From: Octopus sinensis
Taxonomy: Eukaryota
Direction of reading: 5' to 3'
Length of the DNA: 64,000 nt
NCBI RefSeq assembly: GCF_006345805.1
Contig: NW_021833706.1
Span: forward strand, 9,926 to 73,925
Shown: in pieces, positions 1 through 12,745 of the stretch
Numbering within the stretch: position 1 is the stretch's first letter
Layout of the letters: every line of letters begins with the position of its first letter
Program-made: the position numbers and the translations under genes
Notes under the pieces: generated by a model
Seen by the model: only the letters and a program-made list of their open reading frames with translations
Database searches by the model: none
What the model was told of the DNA's origin: nothing

Positions 1-336
1 AGCGTTTCGTGAAAATTTCAATGTGTTAGTAACCTGACAACTCGTTAGGTAGTCAACATTTTGTGGTATTTCTTCAGTGGATATCAAATATCCTTCATTA
101 GGTAATATCCGCGATTGGATTGCAGAGATTTCATCGCATCGATTGTAGTTACAATGATGCGTATGGGAGTAAATTTTTTATTAACCCATCATGATTTAGT
201 GATGTTAGTTATAAGCTTTTTTCGTGTTTTCTGAAGATTGATCATGAAAGGGTGATATATTTGTACGGAGGTGTTTCATTTGGGGATTGTTTTCATTTTA
301 AGACGGAATACAACACACATTTAATCGAATCATCAT

Positions 337-342
337 TTTATT
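337..342 (-). terminator. Polyadenylation signal AATAAA of copy A (homologous sites ~27485 C, 37564-37569 D, ~50025 E; AGTAAA variant in B)
   Basis: About 265 nt after the stop codon. Conserved even in the diverged 3' flank of D. Followed on the minus strand by a GT-rich tract (TGTGTGTTGTATTCC). Confidence 0.55.
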
Positions 343-1332
343 TCAACTTTGAAATTTGATAAACTGAACCTCATACAATGTATTCTAGAATCATTCCCTG
401 AGGATTACATCGTTCTGTTAAGCTATTTGTCACATTCTATGACGTCTCTGTTGTTTCGTTTTGAATATTTTCTGAAAACTTGTAGCAGCAATTTATTTAA
501 CGATATATATTAGTCGTATAAAATTTTGCGAAACACAATTACAAGAAACGTATATGTTGCTTTATTATATTATATTTTATGATTCGCCGAATGTAAATTT
601 CTATTCAATATTTACTGCACACAACGCAGGTTAATTCTCGACCATTGACATACGGTGGACATGGCAATGAACCACAAGCAGCCTGAACGAAATATAATAG
701 AGCTCCGTCTTCGTTACTGTAACCCGCTGGATCAGCTTCTGGTGCGTAGTCCACACAACATATTAAAGTCTGCCCTTATGATCATGACGCGCGGTCATCA
801 AATATCCTGAAAATTCAATCGTCCAACCAGGGTAACAGCGTGTCCTAGCTGGTAAAAATCATTACAACAGCAGGTTGTCGTGTCAAACAGACAGCGCACG
901 GAACGTTGTGTTCATAAATTGATTCAGCGTTAGCAAAAAGAAAGAGTTTATTAGTTGGGTATAATTCGAATTGATATTCACTGCCATAAATGTAACCACA
1001 TTTTTCTACTTCTGTCGTATAATTGGCCCAAATGGGATCGTTAGGTAACACAAGAGATTACTACCGCCACCTGTGTGGTCAAAGAATTGTCCACCACCAC
1101 ACATAGAATTGGTAAGAATAAATCAAATAAAAAAAGATGTAAGCAAAATTATATATGAAATAACGGAAACATTCATTACAATTTGACCCTTAAAGAAGTC
1201 GTTTAGCCACGTGTGAACGAATTGTGGTGTATATGTTAGTGTTATATGAGTGTAAGCTGTGTGTTGGTGTATGCTTGAGATCATAGCTGTGCATTTGCAT
1301 TCTCTTCATATATATATATATATATATCGAAG

Positions 1333-2254
1333 TAAGCAACAAGGATATCCAGAGATAATGCAGTACGATTGTTTCATGCAACTCCATTTAATTGAACAAT
1401 ACAATCATTACATCAATTTAAAATATAGAGGAATCTTCAGCTGCACAAATACATAGGATTTAATTCAATTAAAACAGATTGACAAATTAGTATAATTATA
1501 CCCAAATCTCCAAGAAGTTAAGGAGATACACAAAGAACATGTTGTCTCTACTTCAGCATAGTAGTTAATAAAATTATCAAAAAATTTATGAATACTTATG
1601 AATATAAAAAATATTCAACAATTTCTATCCTTTGTTATATATTCTTCTAAATAATTCTTTGGAAACCCTAAACTTCAACTGTATTCATAGCAACATTGTT
1701 TAAAATATTTTAACTATAATAATGATAAGACCTTCCGTTTCATTGTCAATTGTCTGCCAGTGTGCGACCCCCTTAATTATCAGCTAACACCTTGTTTTAA
1801 GTTTTCCCTTACTAAATCTCATAGTATTGCTTATAATAATTCTTGAATTTTTATGACTATATACCAACTAGAATGTCTATCTACTGCCTGAGCCCTCCCC
1901 CTAACAGATACTGCCCTATGTTCTCTCAGGCTTAGATATACAAAGGATTTGTAAATTAGTCTATAAATTAAAACTGACCCCATAAAGACAAAAATCAGTG
2001 GTAAGTTGAGTCTTCTTTATAATTTTTAGTAACTGCTATGCTGAAGTAGAGACAACATGTTCTATGTAATATTTGGAGATTTTAAGTATAATATACAAAT
2101 GTGTCCATCTGTTGAATTCAATTAAATCCAACGTATTTTGCAGCTGAAAATTGCTCTAAATTTTAAACTGATGTAATGATTGCATTGTTCAATTAAATGG
2201 AGTTGCATGATGAAACGAACGTACTGCATTATCTCTGGATATCATCGTTGCTTA
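1333..2254. mobile_element. Foldback / large MITE with ~260-bp imperfect inverted arms in intron 3 of A
   Basis: Left arm TAAGCAACAAGGATATCCAGAGATAATGCAGTAC...CTTCAGCATAG matches the reverse complement of ~2030-2254. Confidence 0.8.
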
Positions 2255-4389
2255 TTTTAATTTTAATCACCTTAATTTGAAATTGTATGGATAATGTCGT
2301 ACTAAATTCTGGAGGATCAACTTAAGTGCCATATTCATCTGAATCAAATATATATATTTAATATATATATATATAATATATATGTAAGTATATGTATATA
2401 TATATGTTGTGTGTATATACGGGCAAGTATTTGGGGATATGACGTGGATTATTATGTAATTTGCATGGGGAAGTGTATTTGCGTGGATGTTAATAGAAGG
2501 AGAAAAAGAAGGAATTCGGTAACGCATGTACTCGTGTTACCCGAAATGGAAAAGGTGTTCACGAGTGAACGGGGATATTTTTGTTGTGATGGAGTCGGCG
2601 ACCGATAAAATATACGTATAGGATTTATAAAGAGCAGATTCAGAGCATTTTAAAGGAATGTGAGGTTGATTGGGGACGCAGCTTGTAGCAGCAGTTTTGA
2701 ATTGGAAGTTTCGGAATTACCTTACAAAGATATCCTGGATAATTATTGAGGTGATGTGGTGCATGAAAAGAGCAAGGTTTTAGCGATAGGACGATTTCGG
2801 TGAGGCGGAGAAGAATAGAAGTGCATTCTGTACTCTGTTGCGTTCTCTCACTAATATTTAGTCTCTCTCATTTTACTTAATGAATAAAGTCCTTAGCTTT
2901 TTCCATCAGTTACATGTGGCTTGTCCAGTCCTCATTCTACATTGTGCGTTCATTTCATTAATCGTTTACAGTCACTGTCATCAATTATAATAGACTCTAT
3001 TCAATTTAGCCCACACCTACGATCATGGGCACTCTAGTTAATGATAGTCAAGTGGCCACTTTTTCAGCTCTGGTCACTCACGTACATACCACCATCCGTA
3101 GCCTGGACAATTGATCACCAGTTAGCAGCCTCGGTATTTGATATATACAATCAAAAGCTGGTCAGCCAGAAATTCTTGATCGCCATGGTGGTTTTCAGTC
3201 GCCCCTATCTGTATTTTTAACGTAGAGATATCTATATTCTGTGGTTAGACAACATCATTTTCATTTGGTCCGTAGTAGATAACATATAATATTCTGATTT
3301 GACCAAATACCTACAAAGGAGTAAGCAGTTCTTGGAGTTTTTGTTTGTTTAGTTAGGTATAGACGTTTGAAACGTGACATATCGTAAGAGGATTTGAAAA
3401 CGTTTATGTCAGACAACCCGACAAAGGTGAGTGTGTGTGCATGTGCGTGAGAGAGAGGGTGAGAGAGAAAGGGAGGCAACAAAAAGAGGGAATGAGAGGT
3501 ATAAAAAGAGAACAAGAGAAAGACAAAAAAGAGAATGAGAGGTCAGAAATATAAAGTATACAACCGTCATATACAAGGTTTGAATAAGGAGGACAAGTTG
3601 TTCTACCCACCGGGTATACAATGATCCGAGACCGGGTTCTGTGAAATTAAAATGAAATAATGTAGTTTAAAAGAAAGAATTGGGGGATCATTTACAAAGT
3701 ATGTTTTTTGGATGGGAAGAATTGATGGAGAAGAGAGAAATATAGAATTTAAGAAAAGAACGAGTGAATGAATGAAAGTCAGAACGAAAGATGTAAATAA
3801 TAAGAATAAATTGTAAAGAAGAAAGAAGACATTTGTCTGTTGAGCTTGTTGGTGACGTTGATGTCAAAGATTTGAGAGATTAATCTCAGAATATCAGAAT
3901 GTGTATCGGTCTCCGCTATGAACGGATGTATGTATGATACGTAAATTGGGTATGAGTATATATATCTCAATAGAATAATGATAAAACTCAATAGAATAAT
4001 GATAGAAATTCGCCATGTGCGAGTATTCATCGGTCAATTACAAATATCAGTTGGAACTCGGCGCAAATAAGGCCATCATAACTACAATATGAAAATAACA
4101 ACTATACCGCATCATTTGTCGATTTAGTTAAAAGATATCGCATCCGGATCTCGAGTAGAGGGGTCCGTTCGATAAATGTATAGCACAACCCACCCAATAC
4201 CGGTGCAACCAGTAAGAAGCCAGCAACTTAATCTGGGGTGTGTGAGGTGGGAGCACAAAATTGACGGTCTCAGGAAACCAAAGCAGATGAAGAAGGGAAC
4301 AACCTTTAATAATTGAGAATTAAAACATCAAAATTGTTAGATATAATCTGCCTGTAAGATATAATCGGTGTCTCCTCTACAAAATTTCG

Positions 4390-5870
4390 TTTCTCCGATA
4401 GCGTACACCTGGATATAGGCTTGAAACTCCACTACGCAACTGTGGTGCCAACAATGTCTGCACAGGTGAGATTAGGATACTCTCAATACCCAGCTTTCGG
4501 ATTGTATTATGCAGTGAAACCGACTAGGTGTGAGGGTTCACCTCTTGAAGCTAAGGCTGAATATGAAGGACCACTGTGGCTGCTGTAAGTATAATATATG
4601 CAGCAAACAGCGGGGTCAAATACATATCCTTCCTAAGCAAATCACCTCAGCTTTAGATATATTTGGGGTAAAGTCATTTGTCCTGCAAGGAGACTTCAGT
4701 GTCACTTGGCACTGATAACCGTGAGAAGGGTTGATTGGAAGAAATGTCGTCAGTGAACTTAATGGACAGGTCATAGTAGACTTTCTGCAGGATACACACT
4801 CTCATCTCTTTGGTATGGATATTATTTAAGACAGGGATATTTATAAGGGTACCTGGTATAGAAATTCTGAGAGATTTCAGTCATCTTTCACTCTTTGATG
4901 AACGTTCGGGTTTTGACTACCTAAATGTCTGAAAACCTGAAAATTCCTACAGTCTGCCGAACACTGGCAATTGGTAAGCCGTGGATGTTGCGATCAGAAA
5001 CAAAATGTGTAGACTTTTGCATCCAAATGAGAGTGTCCCTCCTAAATTAAGTTGGATATCGAAATACATTCGTGAATGTATTATTTTTTTCGGTAGGTTC
5101 TTCTTCGTTTGAACGCTTATTTGAGCTAAACTCACTTAAATGTGATAAAATGCTTGTGAAAAGCACGTTCGGGTTGATATTTTAGAAGCCATAAATACAG
5201 ATGTATTCTCTGAGTGTCCCATGTACGCTAGGTCGATAAGGCCTCTGGAAAAACACCAAGGCAATGGTAATATGGGGTGACAATCACAATTTTTTCAAAC
5301 AAAGACCAAAGAGTGTGTTTAATTATAGAAAAGTCTAAACTAGATTTCAGGAAAAGATATGTAGGGAAGTTATCGCGCCAAAGGTTACTGTCCGGGACAC
5401 AGTACACCCGACCAGAGAGTCATTCAAAGACAGATCTTCCAGCAAACGTTGAAGCATTTCAAGAGGAATACGCTGTAAACCACGAAAAGGCACATGATCA
5501 CGTGCCCTGAGGCATGTTGTGGGATGGTTTACCAGGAAGGTGAGTTTACTGGGCAAATACTGGTTGCCATAAAATATATATGGATGTTCAATGATTGTAT
5601 TTATGTAAAAGTGGAAAGTTTTCAACGAGAAGTTTTCACTTAGTTGAAGTGTGCATTGTTAATGCCCCTTCTCACATTCTATTTTGTGATCTGGTTGAAT
5701 ATGCTCAGCCATTGTGGTAGAGGTATCCCATTCATCTCTACGTGATCGGTCGACTGTTATTTGTAGACGACAAGCTGCTACCTAATTTGTCTGATTGTCA
5801 CCAACAACGTGCACTGAATGGGTTGGCTGCCGAGTACACCAAGGCAGGATTGACAAATATGCACTGTGTA
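4390..5870 (+). mobile_element. Degenerate RTE-clade LINE (APE endonuclease plus RT remnant) in intron 2 of copy A
   Basis: Broken frames RVHLLKLRL...VLQGDFS (APE, GDFN), KAAGEKHVRLDILETLNTDGIL, NHEKAHDHVP (DLEKAYDRVP) and RLLFVDD (RT, LFADD). Many stops. Confidence 0.85.
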
Positions 5871-6774
5871 GGAAAGTGGAAATCATTATTTCGGGTCTCT
5901 ATTCGCGAATGATTGGAAGCACAAGAGTTGACAGAATGCTGAATTGTAGATATAAACGCAGTGATGCGCCAGCTCGGGCATTTGATTCTCAGATGAAGAA
6001 GGCATTCATGCTTTTCGTATGCAAGCCGGTGGGCTCGCTCTGAGCACTCTAATGTTTTTCACAGTGAATGTACCGGCCGACTAGGACACTCGGCAAAGAG
6101 CTCCCTCAGAGGAAACGTGCGGGCCGAAACAATTCTCGACGTTGCACTGCATATTTTATTTATTTGTTTTTTATTTATTAAATTTGGCTCAAAGCAAATA
6201 GCAAGGCCATGTAGTGGGACATGGAGTTAAGTACAGGGTGGTGTTCATGTGAAGAGTTCAGGCCACTTGAGGTCCAGGGAGGCTTTGAACAAAGCGGTCG
6301 TCGGCATCTTCACATCTCTTCTGGCAGCTTGTTCCACGGATCGGCAACCCGGACGGAGAAACGCTCCTCTCCTTCGATTGAGACGAAATCGTCGCAGGTA
6401 GAGCTTTTCGGAATGACCCCGCAGCCGACGCTCATATATATACTCATATACACACAATAAATGGCCATAGTATATTAGAATAACATTATATTTAGGGAAT
6501 CTTGTAAAGTAGAACATATTTTGAAATAAATTCAGGCAAGTGTCTGAGTTTATATTATTGTGGATATATGGATAGTAATAGTAATGTGGAACTAATTCAA
6601 AGTTGGTAAAATTTTAAATCATTAGTTAAGGAGACACGGGTAAAAGACTTTAGCCATAAAATCAGTTTACTTGGCGTATCATCAGGTTTATCGTCGAGAG
6701 ATTTCTTGGAGATGAAACGGTTCTGTGAAAAAATAGAAATAGCATCATATAAATAGAACTTCAGTGTATTATTA

Positions 6775-7030
6775 TCGGACGGATCATTGCAGACACTACC
6801 ATCTCAACCCTTAGGAATATTCTAGAAGGCGCTTCAATCGAGTCGAACGATTTTCTGAACAATCAGACAATAAAAATCTGAATTTCAAATGACATCGTTT
6901 GGTGAATCTAAGAAGATAGATAAACATGAATTACGCCGACGTGAAAGTTCAAGGCAAGTCTATCCCCTCATGGTTCCCTGGTACCCGCGAATGAACAACC
7001 ACCGTTCTCCAAACTTACTCTATAAGTGAT
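6775..7030 (+). mobile_element. Helitron Rep/helicase N-terminal remnant (also ~20030-20310, ~43135-43410, ~55995-56250)
   Basis: Translation PLRNRLEGASIQSNDFLKNVRKYNSAFQMTSYG...KVQGQVY..IGS..NEQPQFLQIY resembles the conserved Helitron segment FL.NIR.YNS.FQMTSFG...FKVQGQVYH..GSL.P......FLQIY. Confidence 0.75.
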
Positions 7031-7744
7031 GTAGGACAACAAACCCGACGTGAGGTGTCAAAATTTCCGATGATGGGTCGTGTTAGACACAGCGCACACT
7101 GCTGCAAAGGAGAGTATATCCACTGACAGCTTTCGGTGCGTTCAAAAATCACTCTAACTCCACCTCCAATTTTGCATGACAGGTTAGGGCCTGAAACACT
7201 CCAAACGGACGCTTAGCATGTTGCTTAGTCGAATTAGCCCAGCATTTACTCTACAAATGTTTTGTTGTCAATGTTGCACTTTCCCATATCACCTGTTTCA
7301 AAATGACTGGAATATATTATATACCATCTTTGCCATTTTAATCCCCTGCAATGCCGGGTATGACTGCTAGTACACACACACACACACACACACAAATATA
7401 TATACACACACATATTTCTACATATATATATATATATATATCTACACACATGTATATATATAGTTAAATTTAATCCAAACAAGAAAGCACAAAAAAAACA
7501 ACAACGCGAGGACGTGGAACAAATATATTATTACTGGACGCTCAGTAGAGAAGGAAAGAAGGAGGGTTTAACGTTTCGGGTGGAGCTCTTCGTCGGAAAC
7601 TTACGAGAAGGAAAGATCCAGAGGAGGGAAAACGGAAGACAAAAATCGCCAATGGTACACACGCGGGCGCATTTTGAATAACGGAAGGGAAATGGGAGAA
7701 GTAGTAAGATCTTTCAAAGACAGGAGAGAGGTAGAGGAGGAGGG

Positions 7745-8690
7745 ATGTGTGTGTGTAAGTGGATAAGAGCGTGCGCGGAGGTCTGCGTGTGCGTGTGTGT
7801 ATGTGAGTATGTGGTATGGTGCAATGATGACAAATGTGTGTGTGGTGCATGTGCGTGTGTAAAGTGTGGGTGGTGGGCTGTTAATCTTTGCGTGTGTAGG
7901 GTTTAGAGTGTTAAGGTCAAGGAAGAAGGAGAAGGATTTGGGCGTGGCTCCTTTTGTCTCTACCACAGGTCAAGTAGTAGGTACTGCTAGTTTGATGTAT
8001 GTGTGTGTGTGCGTGTATGTATATGTATCATGTGTGTATTGTTTGTAGTGTGTGTGGTGTGCATGTGTGTGTGTTCGTGTGTGTATGCGTAGAGTTTGGG
8101 TTTGTAGCGAATAACTGTGCGTATGTGTGTGTACATGTATGTATAATTGTGCGCGTGTATGTATGGGACGTAGTGTGGGTTCATTTGTGTGTGTGTGTAT
8201 GTATGTGCGTGCGTCTCGTATGTGCGTGTGTGCATGTACGTGTACGTTTGTATGTGTGTGTGTAAGCGTATATGGGTTGTATAGCGTGTATCCGTGGGGT
8301 TGTGAGTTTTCGGTGTGTGCATTAATGTGCGTGTGTACGTGCGTATGTGTGCGCATGTTTTTGCGTGCGTGGTGTGTGTGTGTCTCTGTCTATATGTGTA
8401 TACGGATGTGTATGTGAGTGCGTGTAGGCATATATTGTGTGTATGTATATGTATCGGTGTGTATGTGAATTTGTACATGCATGTGTGTTTTGGGTTTTTC
8501 TGGAGTTTTGTGGGTGTAATGTGCGTGCGTGTGTGCGCTTAAGTACGTGTATGTGCGTGTGTGTCTGTGCCCATGTGTGTATAAGTCTGTGCGTATCTGT
8601 ATAAAGGTATATGTGGACATCTGTGCTGGTGTGTGTGTATGTACGTGTGTATGTGTGCGTGCGTGTTTTGTGTGCGTATGATACATATAT
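7745..8690. repeat. Degenerate (TG)n/(TGTA)n tract (also ~21060-22050, ~56690-57640; shortened in D ~44130-44375)
   Basis: Directly visible. Confidence 0.9.
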
Positions 8691-8982
8691 CTCCGTGATC
8701 ACCGTCACAGACCAGGCTATCAGTTGTTGCTATACATCGCTGGTCACAATGCGCTTCGCGTTGTTTTAGCCTTCAAATGACGCCACCCCGCTGGCTAAGC
8801 GAGCAGGCCAACAGAAGAAAGGGAGAAAGTTGTAGCGAAAGAGTACAGCAGAGATCAACACAACCCACTCCCTGAGCCTCGTGGAGCATTAAACACTCAT
8901 AACGCCCAGTCTGGGAATCGAAACCGCGATCCGACAATCATGAGTCCGCTGCGCTAACCACTAGTCCACTGCGCCTCCACAC
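8690..8982 (-). mobile_element. tRNA-derived SINE (also ~22055-22327, ~44760-45010, ~57647-57925)
   Basis: Minus strand begins GGAGGCGCAGTGGACTAGTGGTTAGCGC...GGTTTCGATTCCCAG, with Pol III A-box-like and B-box-like motifs. Same position in four copies. Confidence 0.75.
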
Positions 8983-9595
8983 AGACATATATATATATAT
9001 ACATACATATCAATATATATATTACACATAATATCACAAATACACATATCTACTTATACGCATACACACACACAAACGCACACATATATGTGAGTGGACA
9101 TACACTGTATAGTGTGATTGTTCGTGTACAATTGAGCACGGTGTCTGTGTGCGTGCGTATGTGTGTGTGTTTGTGTTTATTGTGCGTGTGTTTGTCCGTG
9201 TGTCTGTGTGTATGTATTTACATTCGTTCTTACATATTGATATATAAAAACCAACGTGAATTACAGTCAAACATTACGAAATCACCGATCTACATTGGCA
9301 CTCGCACGTTTTATTTTCATTTGGAAAGAAAAGATTTTAAAAAACTCGCCTCACTTCCGTTCCTGATGGAGAGAAATAGATAAATGTGTGTAAATATGTA
9401 CGTATTCCTATGTGTGGTGTGTGTGTGTTTGTAGGTCTGTTTCTGTGCGTGTGTGTAAGTGTACATCTAGATAATACTTAACACTAATATTAATAGGGCT
9501 AAACGTTGCAGCGACAGGGCATGGACATGCTAGAACCCCACCATTAGATCTTTTCATACGCACTTATTTCCCTCTCCAGGATTATGTCTGGTAAA

Positions 9596-9833
9596 AGAGC
9601 GATCGGACAGGAGTACAATTCCACCCTTCTTTGTGTTTAATTGGGATGTGTGTATATGTATGTATATATAGATATAGATATATATATCCATATACATATA
9701 TATATATATATATATATAATATATATATATATGTATATGGATATATATATCTATATCTATATATACATACATATACACACATCCCCATATTAAACACAAA
9801 GAAGGTGGAATTGTACTCCTGTCCGATCGCTCT
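9596..9833. repeat. Inverted duplication centred on a (TA)n tract, copy A only
   Basis: AGAGCGATCGGACAGGAGTACAATTCC... at 9596 recurs as its reverse complement ending at 9833. Absent from B, D and E. Confidence 0.85.
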
Positions 9834-10683
9834 GTATATATATATAGATAGATAGATAGATATATAAGAAAAAGGGACAGGCAAACAGGTTACTGAACTT
9901 TACAGAAGTTCCTGCCGCTAATCGGCTATATTTACATACCGAATTCTACCAGTAAATAATTGAGGTTTTTTTAAAAGCCTTTATAGAAATTATTTACTCT
10001 TATTATTATATGGATAGATAGATAGATAGATATGTAGACAAATAGATTGATTGATAGATATGTATGTAGTTACATACGTAACTATATATGTGTGTATGTA
10101 TATATGATATGTATATATATATATATAGATGTAGTGTTGTGTGTGTATGTGTGTGTGTATGGGTGTGGTATAGCACACATAGTGTGTATGTATCTATGTT
10201 TTATGTATGTGTCTGTTATTGTCGCACCACTATCGATTCTCAACTGATATCGGTGTGTTTACGTCCCTGTTACATAGCCGATCGTCTAGAGATACCGATA
10301 GAATGAGCAATAGGCTTACAAGGAATAATCCTGAAGTCGATTTGTTCTACTGAACGCAGTGCTCTAGCATGGCCGCAGTCAAATGATGAAACGGTTAAAA
10401 GAATATATTTTATACAAACACACCACATATACACACACACACACATACAAATATAATAGATAAATAGAGAGAGAGAGGGATAGACAGAGAGATACAGTGA
10501 TAGATACCACCACACAATGTATTTGTTTGTATATATATATCCATATATGTTCAGGCACTAATATATTCATATATATGTATATTTAATATACATATATATG
10601 TATAATATATATCCACAATATACGTATATGTATATATATGTATATTTAGGTGTGTGCGCCTGCGTGTTCGTGTGTGATTACAC

Positions 10684-10718
<35 letters not shown>

Positions 10719-11689
10719 GATAAATGGAGAGAGAGAGAGAGAGATAGACAGAGAGATACAGTGATAGATACACACACGCATATATTTGTTTGTATATATA
10801 TATATATCTATATATGTTCACGCACTAATATATTCATATATATGTATATTATATATACAAATATACCTATATGTATATATATGTATGCTTAGGTGTGTGC
10901 GCCTGTGTGTTCGTGTGTGATTACGTGTGTTGTCTTATGTGTGTGTGTGTGCTTCATAGGAACATATGTAAGTGATACATGCATACATCCTTACATTCAT
11001 CCATCCATCGGTACGTACATACATCCACATATTAATACATACATACGTAAATGCATACATACATACATGCATATATAAATACATAAAGACATACATATAT
11101 TAACACAAAATCCATGACTTACCGTTTTCGATTTCTTTCCATTTTCCTATTCTTGAATCTTGATGAAGAATCACGATCGTCAGAACGAGAAGAACCCCAA
11201 AAGCTATGAGAGAAGAAATGGAATAACGCTGCGAAATATTTCTGGACAGTTGTGCGAAATCCATTCTGGTGACAGTTGTCGGTCGTACGTGATACTTCGT
11301 GTGGCTTCAACAAAAGATCGAGATGCGAGGTTTAAGCTGAAGACCTGTGACTGAATTCCACGTATTTATTGAGCGCACAACACCCAGCTCGGGCATAGAT
11401 CTTATCGTAAATTTATGAACCAATGCGATTGGTGGAACTGTAAAAGTGGGTGTGAACTTGTCTGACAGGTTTAATTATTGAAAGAGATGGTTTGATATTG
11501 TCACAAAATAATTAGCAAAATATTTTGATGAATGATAGACACGTTGTAAAGTGAATGATTCCTGTTTCTGGATATATTAAGATATATTTATTTACTAATG
11601 TTGTTATTAATTTTATTTGTTATTCTTGGGAAAACTTTTTAATATTCAGTGTGGGATGTATTTCGTTCAACAGACGAATACACAGACAC

Positions 11690-12354
11690 ACACAAAACAC
11701 ACACACACAGAACACACACACACATACTGCACACAAACCCACACTCACACACTGACACACACACACACAACACACATACACACGCACACATGACATACAT
11801 ACACACACACACACAAATACACACACCACACTGAATTACACACGACACACTGACACGCAAACACACACATACTGACATACACTGCCACACACACACGACC
11901 GACACACCACACACCAACACTGACATAACACACACAAACGCACACAGTGAAACACACACTGACACACACACACATCTGACATTACACACACACACACAAA
12001 CACACACACACACTGACATAAAACACACACAAAAGCACCAGTGACAACACACCACTGACACACACTGGCACACACCAGTGACACACACCAACTGACACAC
12101 ACACACATTTGTACACCACACACCACACACACTGACACGCACACAAACAAACACGCACCACTGGCTCACACACACTGACAACAACACACACATACACATA
12201 CAAACACATACAAACAGACACACGCACACCCCAGACACACACACGACACATGACACTCACACAAAACTGACACACACACACACACACACTCAGAAGGACA
12301 CACACACACACACACACTGACACACCACACAACACTGACACACACAAACACTGA

Positions 12355-12388
<34 letters not shown>

Positions 12389-12460
12389 GACACACTCACA
12401 CCACACTCACTGGTGCACACACACACCTACACCCACACACTGACACACACACACATACAC
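11690..12460. repeat. Compound (CA)n/(CACT) microsatellite (also ~25390-26090, ~32270-32640, ~47990-48640, ~61020-61490)
   Basis: Directly visible. Source of the spurious CVCV/HTHT ORFs. Confidence 0.95.
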
Positions 12461-12618
12461 AAATGCGGGGAAAATGCAGGCGTACGAAGCGACCGCAGTT
12501 TCTGTTGGGGCACAAGGTTGAAGGTCAACTCCTCTAGCGAAGTATTTATGAAAGAGAAATACCGAAGGGAGGTAACTCACGACAGACTCCAGCCTGGCGC
12601 TCTGATGGCGTCACTTAC

Positions 12619-12745
12619 TCGTTGTTGTTTGACTATGTTTAAGTTAAAGCTATGGCTTTAAGTTTGTCTAGATATTCCCCTCTTCGGTATTTTCTTTTGA
12701 TAACGGCTGAACTGGAACCCGATAGGGAGCAGCACTGGACTGATA
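12619..12745 (-). other. Candidate non-coding first exon (also ending at 26249 and 48799)
   Basis: Donor CAACAACGA|GTAAGT conserved in A, B and D inside a strongly conserved non-repetitive block. Inr-like TCAGTC near 12738-12743. The 5' boundary is a guess. Confidence 0.45.

Larger units (their letters stand above)
605..11264 (-). pseudogene. Copy A of the short-chain collagen C4-like gene, disrupted as assembled
   Basis: Exons at 11123-11264, 6671-6722, 3565-3638 and 605-~1093. Exon 1 is 2 nt short and exon 3 is 1 nt short with donor GTTGTA. Exon 4 acceptor reads CTAT instead of CTAG, with GAA>TAA at 763-765 and several 1-nt deletions. Some lesions could be consensus errors. Confidence 0.7.

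Noticed and set aside
3779-4030. Recurrent minus-strand ORF AETDTHSDILRLISQIFDINVTNRLNRQ (also 17382, 41023, 53204)
   Set aside because: No phase-compatible donor. Recurrence is explained by the tandem duplication, and it is probably repeat-derived.
5990-6145. Hammerhead-like fragments (GATGAAGA...GGCCGAAACAATT) in A/D and near 23595-23620 in B
   Set aside because: The core or stems are broken and no complete fold can be drawn.
8900-8982. tRNA-like sequence
   Set aside because: It is the head of a SINE (A/B boxes followed by SINE body), not a full cloverleaf tRNA gene.
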